NCBI RefSeq assembly: GCF_964204865.1
Contig: NC_135260.1
Coordinates: forward strand, 13,888,001-13,952,000
Direction of reading: 5' to 3'
DNA length: 64,000 nt
Source of the DNA: Styela clava
Taxonomy: Eukaryota
Shown: piece by piece, positions 1 to 24,400 of the stretch
How the letters are laid out: each line of letters begins with the position of its first letter
How positions within the stretch are numbered: the stretch's first letter is position 1
Translations under genes and position numbers: made by a program
Notes under the pieces: model-generated
Seen by the model: only the letters and a program-made list of their open reading frames with translations
Database searches by the model: none
What the model was told of the DNA's origin: nothing

Positions 1-192
1 ATGTATTGAATAGATATTCAATTATACTTATAGAATTGAATTTTTGGGAAATTTATATCATAACTTATCTTCAGCTGAAGATTCAATAAATATTTTTAAT
101 GTTCCCTAATTTACTCAGAACAGAATCGTATGGCCATTATTCACTTAAATAAGATTAAAATGTTAAATCAAAATCTTTTTTCCTATTAACAG

Positions 193-11044
<10,852 letters not shown>

Positions 11045-11854
11045 CAAGTTGTCTTATTTCAAAATTTATTTCTACAAACTTGGGCTATTTGGAATTCTCT
11101 ACCTCATAGCGTTTTTTTCACATTGTTGCAAACTGTTTCAAGTCCTGTGCCAATCTGAGTTTTCTGGCCTTTAATGCACCATAGTAACTTATTGTAATTT
11201 TTGTGGGCGTTGACAATCTAGTGGTTGACCCAGAGTCAATTCAACTTCTGAGTAAGTGGGAATGACCTAGTAAATTATCATGCAAAATAATCTTGTGGGT
11301 TGGGTACTCAGTCAATGTTTGATTTAGTGTCAATAATACAAGAATATAGGTTATGGATTTATTTTGCAATTTTTTTATGGTAGAGAAGGTGGACAATATT
11401 GCTTAATCATACAACGAAGTCTGATTTAGATGTAAAAACAAATTATCATTTGTTTGTAAACACTTGGATGAAGTTGGATATAGAAACGCCTTAACTGAAT
11501 AGCGATATATCACTGTTCTATTTCTGAGTCCAGTATGGAAATCATGAGAGTTTATTATCATTTCTTGCTTAAATTCTTTTGCCATAAACTGTTGTCGGTT
11601 GTACTCACAAAGCTTTTGTGGAATATATCCTATTTCCTTATCAGTGTTGGCCTAAATTGTGTGAAGAATCATAATTTGAGATAAACTTGATAAGAATATT
11701 TGTGTTTCAATTTCTTTAGTCTCCATGATAAAATTGTACTTTGAAGTTTTTTTCTTTTGTTCCACAACACTTTGTTACATCAAGTGCTTTATTATTAAAA
11801 CTTAAAATCTTGCCAAACCTCGTTGATATATGTTAGAATATGGCTCAGCAGTTT

Positions 11855-11945
11855 GGCGCAGGGTGGTTATGGTTCGCGTAAGCGCTGGTCAGTCACGGCC
11901 TCCTGTACCAAAAAGTCCATGCATCAGAAACAAATGACTAGCCAG
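11855..11945 (+). mobile_element. Internal fragment of the same SINE family
   Basis: cgtaagcgctggtcagtcacgg..aagtccatgcatcagaaacaaatgact matches cgtaaccgctggtcggttacgg..aagtccatgcttgagaaaacaaataact near 25148-25213. Confidence 0.65.
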
Positions 11946-12648
11946 CGGTGGTGCTGGTATTTCAGGTCCTCTCTTGCCATGTTTTTATGGCGCTGCTTTT
12001 CAGACATTCTGTCTTCTTTTTGTTAACTATAGCTTATAATTGATATGCTGTCTTATGTATTTGCCAATCTTCAAAATTCAAGCGATATATAATTTGGCGG
12101 AGCTGTAGAAACTATCCAAACCGGACAAATACAGTAGATAACGGATGAACAGGCCTTCCCTTTTTAATTTGACGTTTTTTCCAACGCTTGAGTTGATGAA
12201 TTGTTCAGGACTCTGGTACCTTTAATAACGTAAATTTTCGAGGATTGCGTATGCTCACACCGTAACTAGCATGATCTGATTCTAACCTATGAGAGAGAGA
12301 GAGAATTTTTCTATGTCGATGCATAATATGCGCCTACTTATTAATTGATTTTATGTATCGCTTTTTTTCACTCCCGACCCTATCATGTCTCGATGTTTGT
12401 GTGCGCGGGTGCCTTGTTAGTTTTACTACTTTTGGGTGAGCGAACACGTACAATTTTTTTCATCAATACCGTACCTTCCCACCTAAAATATGTACACTTT
12501 AAACCTTTCTTGAGGCTTCGTTTGCTTTCCCGATTCTATAATCAGTTTTATTTATTTTATTTGTTATTTTATCGTCTATTGCTGATTATGGAGTCGAAAT
12601 AAACTCATACTTATTATGAAGACCAAACTCGAACATGAGCAATATATA

Positions 12649-15648
12649 GGGGAGATGCGGGTGACTTGAGCCACGAGGAGACTTGTTTCACCCCCAAAAT
12701 TAGCAACATGCATTAGTAATAGAATGCTCGCGCGCCCTCTGTTGGTAGGTTGTGTCATTCCTTTATATTTGGCTGTGAGAAGCAGACGTTCTGTAGCTCT
12801 GGTGGAAAACAGTCAATAAAAAAGCCGGAATCGCAGCAAAAAGTGAATTTCATGGTCTCAGGTAATATGTTTACTATTAATAATATTACAGGTCGTGATT
12901 TAGTCACATTAAGTCATTGTGTAGTCTATGTTGTGATGCTCTGATGGAGTCTATTGCAGCGCACGTCGAGTAGTCATTCGGCAGGAGCGGAGCTCAAATG
13001 GGAAGATGGCCGATCATGGGAGGGTTGATCCAGAGATCACCAGGAGGGTTGCTCCGTGGCTCAACGCTCCTGCATTGGATATATTTTTCATCACATTTTT
13101 TCTTTATCAGACGATGCCGCAAACATACAAAAGAAAATCAACCCGTGGAAGTGATCCGGCATTAGTCGGAAGGGCGGCAGAAGCGTTAACAGAGGGATGC
13201 AGTATTAGATCGGCAGCGAGAACATTTGGTGTTGACCGAATGACGCCTAAGCGATACGTGGATAAACAAAAACATGACCTGCTTGGTACAAGCGGATACA
13301 AAAATTGCAAGCTCAAGAATATGATATTCAGTCCTGAAATGGAAGCTGAACTAGCTAGTCACACCAAAACACTTGCAGCAAACTACCATGGCCTATCCAA
13401 AGATAAATGCCGATGTTTGGCGTATGAGTTTGCGGAAAGAAACGGTGTTAATGTGCCAGAAAATTGGAAAATCAACAAAAAAAGCTGGTCAAGGATTTTG
13501 GCTTGGATTGAAAGCACGCAATAACCTTGCAATTCGAAGTCCAGAAGCTACTTCATTAGCCAGAGCAACGGCGTTTAATCGCCATACAGTGGGACAGTTC
13601 TACAAAAACCTTGCCAAAGTAATGGACCAACACAAATTCGAGGCACAAGACGTATATATATATAACATCGACGAAACAGGGTGCCATACGGTGCAAAAGC
13701 CTGAGAGTATTGTTAAGGAAAAAGGGGTTAAGCAGATTGGTTCTGTCACATCAGGGGAAAGAGGTGAGCTGGTAACCGTAGTCAATGCGATCAAGGCTGC
13801 TGGTGGATTTATTCCGCCCTACATGATATTTCCTCGTGGTATTATCGTAATTACTTCATACGAGGTGCGCCACTGGGATCTGACGGTGCGGCCACCAGAT
13901 CAGGTTGGATTAACGAGGAAACGTTTGTCAACATCTCGATCACTTCATTAAGCATACACGCTGTATACCCGACAGAAAGGTATTGCTCATCTTAGACAAT
14001 CACGAGGCCCACGTTTCACTGACAGCTGTTGACAAGGTAAATGCGAACGGAGTTGTGGTGTTGACCATCCCTCCACACACGTCCCACAAACTCCAGCCTT
14101 TAGACAAGACTGTTTATGGACCATACGAAAGAGCCTACGCGCGCGCGATGGATAATTGGATGAGGTCCAATCCGGGTAAGACTGTGGGTATATACGATAT
14201 AGCTCATTTGGTGAACGAAGCTCACATCTGCGCATTTGTACTGCGTAATATCCTAGCTGGCTTCCACAGCACTGGTATTATGCCTTTCAACAGCGACGTA
14301 TTCTCAGATGAAGACTATGCGCCATCTTCAGTTACAGATCGCGAAAATCCAGTTTGCTCGGCAGTAGACAATGTTGAAAGCGTGTCAGGTTTACAGAGAA
14401 ATCCCGATACTCCCACGAACCAAAAAGATAACACAATTCAATCAGCTACTGGCGTTGAGAGCAATACTGGTTTGACTAGAGCAGTGCAGACTACCAACGC
14501 GGAGACTCCTTATGTGTCTCCAAGTGATATACTACCTTTACCGAAAGCAGGGCCAGGGAAGGTGAAAGCTTCCAATAGGAAAAAAGGAAGCACGAAAATT
14601 TTGACAGACACGCCAGTTAGAGATGAAATAGCAGCGAAATCAGAAATGACTAGGATAGAAAAAAATAGAGCAAAGAACTTCGGTCGGGCTAAATAAATGC
14701 TCTTTGCAAACAAGAAAACAGTTAGAGTGAGGGTAGCACCATCCGGATGTAGCACTTCTTCGAGCGGAAGTTAATCTAACGAAAATGTATTGTGCGACGA
14801 TACTGATGACTCAGAGGAGGAAGATCAAAATATTATCGAGGGCGATTTTGTCATAGTCAAGATTAGTGGAAAATCTCGAACTGTTCACCACGTCGCAAGA
14901 GTTGATGCTTTCGATGGAGAAGAGTTCGAAGGAGTGTTTCTCCGCCGGGTTTTAAGCGTAAATGACCCAACTACTTTTATTCTAGATGTCGAAGATGAAG
15001 CACTTTGGTCGAAGAAAGAAATTGCAAGAAAGTTACCAATCCCTAGCATTATTGGAACTTCGCACCCAGTTCACGTTCTCTTGTGACCTCGATGAATGGA
15101 ATCTTTGATTTTTACATACTCTGTCACACGCTATTTCAACTTATGAATAAACGTTTCTTTTCGATTTCTAGGTGCTACCAAGGTGTAATAAGAAGGCTTC
15201 GGTGGTATAATTTGTTTCCATTCTGTATTGACTGACAAAAATAAATAAGATTATAGATGTATTGACTCCTATTTAAGATTAGCTAAGTTAAATTTGCCCA
15301 GTTGCCTCACTGTTCCGATACAGAAGTATTTGCTTCTCACATTTGTGAAAGATACTCTCCCGATTGCAACTTAAACGCTACTTCCCGTGCTATTCTGCAT
15401 GTAGCGGCTCAACTCTCATCAATGGTATGCACAACTCTCCTCAACATGCAGGAAATTTGTGACATCTGACATCCCTTTTTAAAACTGGTATAACTCATAA
15501 ACAGGGTCAGTTGGATTAAAAGAGACATAACTGTAATATAGCAGAGGTAATGACCTTCGGATGATATGAGCGTCTTCAAGTTGCTATGAACGATTGAGGA
15601 GATATAACTAAATATATAAAAAATGGCTCATCTCTCCCGCATCTCCGT
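12649..15648 (+). mobile_element. Full-length but decayed pogo-superfamily DNA transposon (DD35D; Passer/Fot-like spacing)
   Basis: 25-bp imperfect TIRs (ggggagatgcgggtgacttgagcca vs the reverse complement of 15624-15648, 20/25) flanked by TA on both sides; encloses a transposase pseudogene. Confidence 0.88.
13114..15108 (+). pseudogene. pogo/Tigger-type DDE_1 transposase, disrupted
   Basis: MPQTYKRKS start, psq-like HTH (SIRSAARTFGVDRMT), CENP-B-like HTH, YNIDETG, GERGELVTV, LILDNH-x-LQPLD with 35 residues between the 2nd and 3rd Asp. Frameshifts near 13480, 13840 and 13932; stops at about 14694 and 14772. End coordinate approximate. Confidence 0.9.
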
Positions 15649-15923
15649 TACGAGGAAATGCGGTGTTCCCAAACCCGACATGGACTGTTAGTCAGAGGGC
15701 AGGTGTGGTTTGCTATTTGATTGAGCTTATCGGATTTCTATCCCAGACTGAAAGGGCTCCGATTTGTTGATGAAGGTACTGGTGTTATTGCCACGCTGTT
15801 GGAAAGCGACGTCGAAATACCATTATTCTGCCACGTAACCTTGGCATGTATAATACGCCACCTTTCTGAGATTCAGATCCAGCCATTCGGCGGCTGATAG
15901 TACGATAACGTGTTACGTGCGCC

Positions 15924-17112
15924 CAGTATGTTCCCCAGCTTTTAATTTTTTTTTTTGGGGGGGGGGGGGGTGTTTCGAAATTTAGGGGGTGGCAAATAAT
16001 TTGCTATTAGCGATGAAACGATGCACACGAGGGGTCCCCCAAGTTGATTGACGGGGAGGCAAAATACACAGCAGAATAAAAATGTAGGGCCAGAAAAGGG
16101 GATCGAGGAAAAGTGCGCGACGACACGGCTGGGGTTCAGGGCGCGCTTAAGCGCCCTGAGGAAATTTTGAGAAATAAGCACCAAAATAGGCTCTAAGCAT
16201 GATTTTAGATACACCTAGCATCGCAGTTCGTTATGTAATGAAAATAATAATTATAATATTTAGCTGATAGAATTCCCGAGGAATAAATAACAAGCACGGC
16301 TTTCAGCAAGTAATTTACAACTTATAGTGACTAATGAAGTTACTTGCTCATCTAGCATATGGCATCGTATGAATGGCTACTCGTACGAATGGCTACTTCG
16401 TTACACATTTCACATTTTTTTGAACATGTTTGTTTGACTTTTGTACGAATCAAGCAATGAATTAAATTTTGAAATACGCGCGTCAACTGATCATAATGGC
16501 GCATAATGTTGTATTCCTTCAGAACTGAAATATTTTGTTGGCAAGGAAGAAAAATCGCTGAAGTTTTATTTTTTCCAATAAAGAAGTGAAAACCTTGCCA
16601 TTATTCTAAAAAATGTCTGTTTTCAGTGCCTAGTTTTCGTTTTGTGACATCTTTAAGCTTTCTTAATATATGGTTAATACGGTATCTAAAATACTGCGGT
16701 GTGTAATCCTAATACCCATACGTATACATAAGATACCGGTATAATTCAATTGTTACGAAATGGACGTGCTTAAACTGTGATAATGATGTAACGATAGACG
16801 GAATCTAAAACTCAAAAATACCACATGAAGTGTTAAACTATTTCACTCAAGTTCGGCGGGCCATTTTAAATCATTAAGCGGGCCGTAATTGGCCCGCGGT
16901 TTGGAACCCCTCATCTACACTGATAAATATTCCATAGTCGTTATATTTGAATACGATTATAATTAAGTCAGGAATTACAGTGTGGACTGTGGAATCGCCC
17001 ATGGGAATAACAGTGTCGAATCGCACCTCAAAATTAGGGGAGGTGTTGGAAATTTTAGGGGGGGGGGGGGGACACCCCCTATAGGGGGGAGGGGGGTGTA
17101 GGGAAATCACTG
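15924..17112. mobile_element. Non-autonomous hAT element with G-run subterminal regions
   Basis: Perfect 8-bp TSD cgtgcgcc (15916-15923 and 17113-17120); termini cagtatgttcccc / agggaaatcactg; no transposase ORF. Confidence 0.8.
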
Positions 17113-17794
17113 CGTGCGCCCGAAGATAGATAGATACTATGTTGAAAGGTTCCAGTGATTCCAAATCGAGACCTTATTGGCCGAATTCCAAGTAACTCGT
17201 GTGGGGCAGCACTTAAATACGTTACTGTTGGAAGATGGTAGTCTAAAGGTTGTTAATATTCATGAAAGAAGGCTTAAATTTGACAACAGAGAAATGCTTA
17301 AATATGTGGGTGCTCAAGTCGCGCGTTTGCTGAAACTATATACAAGCGTGATTAAATAATGTGTCCTCGTGAACTATCTCGTGAAGTTTTGGACCATTAG
17401 TTCCGGACAAGAAGCGATTTTTTACAGTAACATTAACAGCCTCGACGGCAACTAGTTAGTCAAAGGACTTGCATGGCTACTTTGCGTCCAGTACCCTCAG
17501 TTCAAAAAAAATAGGATGAAATACACTGGAAATTCTAATGGCTGAATGGGGTAAGACGTTGGTTGTTTCACAGTTTTCGTTGCAACAGTCGTCACTGAGT
17601 GGCGCTCTTGTTCCGAAATTTCAGGGATTTCCCCCTTTACGTGCCGTACTGCCAGGTCTGCAACAGCTTTGCTTTGTGGGGTTGGGATAATATTGACATA
17701 TTTATTCCGGGGGAGGCGAAAGACGTTATTGTCATACAGTACCGTACAATAGACTACTTTCGTTTATGCACGAGAGTTTTATAAAGCTATAGAA

Positions 17795-20700
17795 ATGACG
17801 ATTTATGTCGTTATCTGTGCCGTTTTGATTTCGTTGCTGAAATTGCTGTTTTTGTCTTCATAGTGAGTATTTCTGTTACAATGCCAATATTTTCTGATCT
17901 ACAATACTGGTACCGTATCTGTTTCTATATTTTAATGATTTTTTTGAGTCAACTCATCACAGTATCTTTGAGAATTTGAATAGAATAGAAAATTAGTGGA
18001 GTAAGATGGTTACCAGTTCCGGGTTATTGCTTTTCTTCATTGGAAACATTTATCGACGCTAAGCATAATTTATTTACATATATCAGTATATTGTATACAT
18101 ATTATATAATTTATATACGAATAGTTTCATGAGAAATAGCTGATATATTTTTTGTAATTTTAGCAGGTCAACAGATTTTGAAGTTCACCGCAACTGGCTT
18201 GCAATCACAAATAATCTTTCACATCATAAATGGTATTATGAAAATACATCAGAATGGACATTGGATTACCCACCGTTTTTTGCATGGTTTGAATGGAGTT
18301 TATCACAGGTCAGCTTTATTTAGGTTTTTTTAATAATTCTAAATTTAGGCAATAATTGCTATCATATAAAACACTAATTTAATAATTGGAAATTGTTTTC
18401 ACCTGTATAAATCTCCATAACATATTTTTCAATTTCTGATTTGAATATTTTTTTTAGGCTGCGAAATATTTTGATGAACAAATGTTAGTTGTTACTAATC
18501 TCAAATATGATTCTGATGCAACAATATTGTTTCAAAAATTATCGGTAATATTTGCTGACTTTCTGTTAATCTATGCAACATACAGGTAAGATAAACTTTA
18601 TTTTTGTAAGTGGACCTGTTTTCACTTGATACCAAAGAACTAACCAAAAGATGAGGGTTCAACTTACCCTGCGAAAACAGGCACAACATTTGTTTCAGAT
18701 ATTATTCCTATATCGAGTAGACTCATCTTACCAAATGGGTGTAAATTAATCTAATTATTTTTGATAGTATTTTTAACTAATAGATTTTTTGGTTTGAAAG
18801 ATTATAAATTAGTTATGAAATTAAAAATTACTTTATGTGAATACGAGGAATTCCATTTGAATGAGAATATGTAATTTAATTATATATAACATAAAGTTAC
18901 ATAAAGTTCAGTTACTGCTATCAAGCCTGGATTGAAGCAGCCAGATAACTAAGTAGTAAAAAGTTAAACATTTTACTCTCTGTTCATGAACAGTGTATCC
19001 ACAATTTTGATAGTAATTGCAGACAAAATTTCCAGCAGGTTTTGTTCTCAAATATATTTGATTTTTTCTAGGTGCTCAACCGTCCTTCCAACGTCTAAAG
19101 AACATTCAGGGAAAACACTTCAAGCAAAATATGAACCTAAAATACTTTCTATTCTAATTATTTTCAATGCAGGATTGTTGCTGGTTGATCGTATCCTTTA
19201 TTTTATCAAGATTATACTGTATATAGACACTTCGTAATACAATGTAATACCAAAGACTATTGAACTCAAAATATCTTAAAAAACCGTTGAAATGTAAATC
19301 TAGCAATATCCAATCATCAAATTTTGTAAAATGGAGCAGATTAAATTTTATTGCATGTTGCTTTTAGTTTGGAATAATGGTATATGCCAAAGCAGAATGT
19401 AATACCAATTTTGTTACCTCAATATACAGTAATTGATGAATAAGGAAAAGGGTAAAAATAGATAGCCATTGCGAAATAAAAAACAAGATTACTGGAGCTC
19501 AGAAACTTGATGCTTAGATCACTAACTGACTTGCCTTGTTTTTCACTGCACTCCCAAACCTAAACAACATGAAAATGATTGGGTGTCAAGGGAATGAAAC
19601 ATTGCTATTTTAAAAGAAACTGTACCGATGTAGTCCTTTCCGTCCAGTTAATTCTTCCCATGAGCCCTGGCAATTTCCCGTGGTTATCAGGATGTTTATA
19701 AAATGTATATTACATAGGTTCTCTTCATATATTTGTATGTCTGAAAGATATCTGAATAATTACAATTTACAAATATTACTTAATTCTAGAATAATGTACA
19801 TTTCATTATATTATCTACTCACAATATTTGATTCCTCAACAATTCGTTTTTGAAATTAAATTAAAGATATTCATTTTCAATATAATGGGTTTTTGACCGG
19901 GATGTTATTTCTATCAATGTACAATATTTTGGATGGCAATATCCTATGGGGATCTTTCTGGTTTGCAACTTTACTCAATTTTAAACATATTTATTTGTAT
20001 ATGGCTCCTGCATATGGAATATACTTATTCAGAATATATTGCATGGATCCCAAGAAAAGTAAGATATTTTCATTGTAGTAAATTCACCAACCATGTAATA
20101 TTTTAAAATTGATGTAACATTATTATTTCACTTCTGTCCTAATCCATTGTTTTTAAGTATTAACATTACATAAAATAGATCATTCACCCAGTGTATTAGT
20201 TCAGACATGGCAATAGCAAAAATAGTGTTGAAATATTTAACTAGTTTAAATTTTGTGTAGTATAAACATGAAAGGTGTGGTCTGATCAGTCAGTGGTTAC
20301 CATGACCACGTCATGCCACTGAATATTTTTTGTATAGTCTTTTAGTACATATTCCTTTGCAACCATTGCTGGTAATCTGTGGTGGAGTAGTATTCATATA
20401 CTTCATGGTTGGCATAACAACCAATGGTCCCAAAGCGAGGTATGGCATGCTCCTATTTTTTGTATCAGAATAAAATCATTGTATAATGAAGTCAGAATTT
20501 GAAGACAAAACATGCAATTAAACTAGGTATACACTAATATGATTGAACTGTAGATACCATTAAATATTACTTATTTGGCAACTTGAAACAATATAGTATT
20601 TTGATTCCAGTTGTTGCACTATAAATAAAACAGTATGTTTTTTTTCCTGAAATTATAGTATATACGAACTAGACTTAAATTTATTTCAATAATATATGCG

Positions 20701-23064
20701 AACAAATTTTACAGGAGGAATTTCTTCTATTTTATCATTTCATCCGTTAAGGTTATTGCAACTCGCAGCAATTGTTATTCTAGTTTTTTCTGCATCGTTT
20801 GTACCTTTTAAGGTAGGTGATCTAAAATTATTTTACAAGGTTTTTAAGAATAGCTGTTTCCATGTGCAAATGCATCAGTGATTTATGAATACTTTCAGAA
20901 AAATTATTTTTTCACGCTTTTTTTATAATTTAAATTTGAAGATTTGAAGTCGAGTTTGAAGATTTAATTATTTGTTGAGAAATAAATAACATTAGTGAGA
21001 CAGTAAGTACTGTTTTAAGAAGATTTATTCAGAATTCTGTATGAAAACTCATTGAAAAATTTATATCCAACGACATAGTTTTGTGCATTTCCTAATAGTC
21101 AAACTGGATTTTGTCAGGATCATCTCCCACAAGTGATATCAAGGCTATTTCCATTCAAGAGAGGATTGACTCATGCATACTGGGCGCCTAACTTCTGGGC
21201 ATTATATAACTTTCTTGACAAAATACTGAGTATCGCAGGTAAGGTCATATTGTCGGTATGTGAAATTATGTTTCCCTTTTTTTGAATTATCCCCTTCTTC
21301 ATTCCCTACTTTATTTATACAGGAGTTAAATTCAAGTTTATACATCCTAGTCAGCTGAAAGCAACATCATTTTCAAAAGGCCTTGTAGAAGAAGCAGAGC
21401 ATGCAATTCTTCCATCACCAACTCCTCTCATCACAGTTATAATTACTCTAGTTTTTATTATGGTAAGTACTTTAGATAGATATTCACGCTCCATCGAATA
21501 ATTGATTGAAAATGCATCCGGTTGAAATTTTCAAGATGATTAGTGAACGCCTTATGTACAAGTGTACCCTCATTTACTACACTATTATTTATGTGTAAAC
21601 TTCTATGCGGTAAAGTGTGATATATTATGTTATATAGAGTTAATTAGTAGTCATACTAAAATTCTTTGATATAGATAGATAAACAATCCAAAATATCACA
21701 ATCTACCTTTTCCAGCCTTGTTTGATTGATTTATGGTTCTGGCCGAAGGCATTAACGAGCAAGCATCTCGGGAATCAGTTTATCCGTAGTGTTGTTTTTA
21801 CTTCATTGACGTCATTCATGTTTGGTTGGCATGTTCATGAGAAAGCAATACTAATGGTGATATTGCCATTAACTCTTCTATCAGTTTGTGGAACCAAGTA
21901 TGTATGGACACATATCGTGAGTTGTATACTTGTATATATAATCTATTTTGTAATCCAAATTTTGTAAATAAATTTATGTCCAGAGGATGTTTCCATTATT
22001 ATTATACGTAATTTTCGATGATGTATTTTTTTAGGAAAGATGCAGAAATTTTTGTCTTCCTACAAGCAGTTGGGCATTATTCATTGTTCCCATTATTGTT
22101 TATGCCGTTTGGTATGTATCACTGTTGTGTATCTTGAAATATCCTTATTTTCATCTCTATTGATGGTATTTTTGTTTTTCAGAAACTGTGACGAAAATTA
22201 GTATAGTTGTTATATATACAATGTTGTCATTTGAACTCTTACATAAATTGAAGCAAAGGTACATGTCTCTTACTAATACCATCATTAGTAGTTAGCATCA
22301 TTTCTTAGTACTAGGAGTTCATAGATTTAGATTCAAAGAGCATAAATTTGAACTCTTCATGTATAATTTAGTTACTTTGCATAATAACATTCTGTTTATT
22401 TTTTAGTAACTTGAAAGATAAAAGTAAATGGTGCCTCCCTTTATTGGGCAGATTTGAAACCCTGTACTTATTTGGACTTGTTATCAATGAAGTGTATTGT
22501 AGCGCTTTGCACAGGTATATTATTTTTGTGGTGCTCTAATTTACTTTACGCCAAACTACCTATTTATGGCAGATGCTCATTTATTTTGCTAATTGAGCAA
22601 ATTTGGATACATATGTGTCTGAATGGCCATCCTATAAGATTTGTTTCAACAGTGGATATTTCAAAGAAATCAAAACATCCTGATTGGGTCACTAGCTTTG
22701 ATGTATACCAAGTATGGAGTGTCATCATTTATAATCTAGTTATGTTCGTTTAATAGTTTCAATTTTAGGAATAAGATCATTCCACTTGTCACAAATAATC
22801 TTCTCAGCTGTTTTCATTATCAAAGCTACTGTGCTATAACTTAAATATTTTGTAATCACCTATTCAATGTATCTCAGATTCATGCCCTTCTCGGAAAAGT
22901 TTGAGTTTGTCCCACTCATGATGACATCGACGTTTTGTGCTGTTGGTGTAACCTGGTCATGGATTAAACTTGGCTACTCTATATTTGTTGATCGATCTGG
23001 ATATCCAATTGAATGGATGGAAAAACCCAAAAGCCCTCAAAAAAGGTTTTTGAAACCTGATTAA
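17795..23064 (+). CDS. ALG8: Dolichyl pyrophosphate Glc1Man9GlcNAc2 alpha-1,3-glucosyltransferase
   Basis: 13 exons (17795-17862, 18164-18308, 18458-18585, 19072-19190, 19867-20058, 20715-20812, 21118-21238, 21323-21462, 21716-21897, 22035-22111, 22183-22258, 22407-22514, 22878-23064) sum to 1641 bp in frame. Motifs [74 protein letters not shown]. Confidence 0.96.
19191..19866 (+). other. U12-type (minor spliceosome) GT-AG intron in ALG8
   Basis: 5' splice site GTATCCTTT; branch-site-like TTCCTCAAC at 19832-19840; purine-rich 3' end without a polypyrimidine tract (ttaaattaaag); splicing restores VDH-IHFQYNG. Confidence 0.88.
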
Positions 23065-23789
23065 TAACAGCACATGTACGTCATGCTGTAGATGCCTATT
23101 TCAGTTTTGGTGGTCTCATGCAAGGTCTATCTATATCCATATGGGATGATAACAACACCGACGACCCGCTCTTATTTTTAAGAAATACAATATAGTAGCA
23201 ATTCCATCCAACGCCAATTTCAAACTAAATCTTTACATCGGACCTTTTTTATACTTCAAAAATACAAGTGAATAATAATGATGTGTTTTCAATGCCACAT
23301 TGCTCATTCAGCGTAGACAGATGTTTCTGATATATATATATACCTTTCTAACCTGGTCCGGAATGCTTTAGGAAAATGAACAAGAATACAGATGGTAAAA
23401 TTATTTTTTGCGTACGGGGATCATGTTCGCGGTATTTGCCTTACTAACTGTGAGCCATGCTCGTCCCTACCCCCGTAAGAACAGTACCGGTACAAACGAG
23501 AACAGAATTCTGACCGGTTTCAGCTACTTTTCAGACATACCAGCTCAACTAATTTGGCTACTTTCGTTGAAAACTTTAGCTAAGTTTTTACATTGACATT
23601 TTAATATTTCATAGTAATCATATAGAAATATATCAATATTTTCCATGTGAAAATACAAAAGGACGACATTATATTTGCGCAAAGTTACGCGCACACAACT
23701 CTGAGTATAATGGGTCGGGTGCAAACGTGGCTGGATTGGTTTACAGTTTTATAGTTAAACCACAAGCTGACATGGGAACATTCCACAAA

Positions 23790-24400
23790 ATCAAGAATTC
23801 CGCCATAAAGTAGGAAGTGTGACAAAGCTAAGACGAAGTTTTATTTAATGGAGAATGAGACGCATTTGCGTTAAGTTGTACCGTTGGCCCAACAAAAGCA
23901 AGTTATTGGGTTGATCTCTGGTAGTACGGGGGAATTTCAATCATAAAAACTTTCAGGATGGTTTCACATGGGCTTTTTCAGCTCTTGCCACATATAAAGC
24001 AATGAATGGCTTGAGATGCATGCACAGCAGTATCGTTAGTCTGCCAAAAGATGCCGGATTTGTCCAGCTCCTGAGGTTTTAGGCAGGACAATCTTGACTT
24101 GAAAAAGGACCAAACCCAAAATCTAAATAATCGTCTTGATACTTTCTCATTTTTATGACATCCAACAAATTCTAGTGTACCAAACTGATTTAATGGTTAA
24201 ATTAACAAAGAACTCGACTTATTTACGTACTGGTTTATAATTTTGGTTGAATTATAGGCCTACTGATAATATTAGGCTGATACTGATTTCTCGCAACAAA
24301 ACATGCAAATAGATGCGGTTATTGTTTGTTCGAAATCTTTTTTTCACAACGAAATTTACCCCCAAGAAAAAAGAAATTTACCCCAGGTTACGAAATGCTG
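23790..24400 (-). mobile_element. Highly degraded hAT (Charlie/Buster-like) transposon remnant
   Basis: Minus strand 24150-24112 reads MRKYQDDYLDFGF, like the N-terminal motif of Charlie/Buster transposases; hAT-like end ccccaggttacgaaatgctg near 24400. Boundaries approximate. Confidence 0.45.

Noticed and set aside
22139-22146. ATATCCTT as a second (AT-AC) U12 donor in ALG8
   Set aside because: It lies inside a short ordinary GT-AG intron (22112-22182) whose removal already restores the frame.
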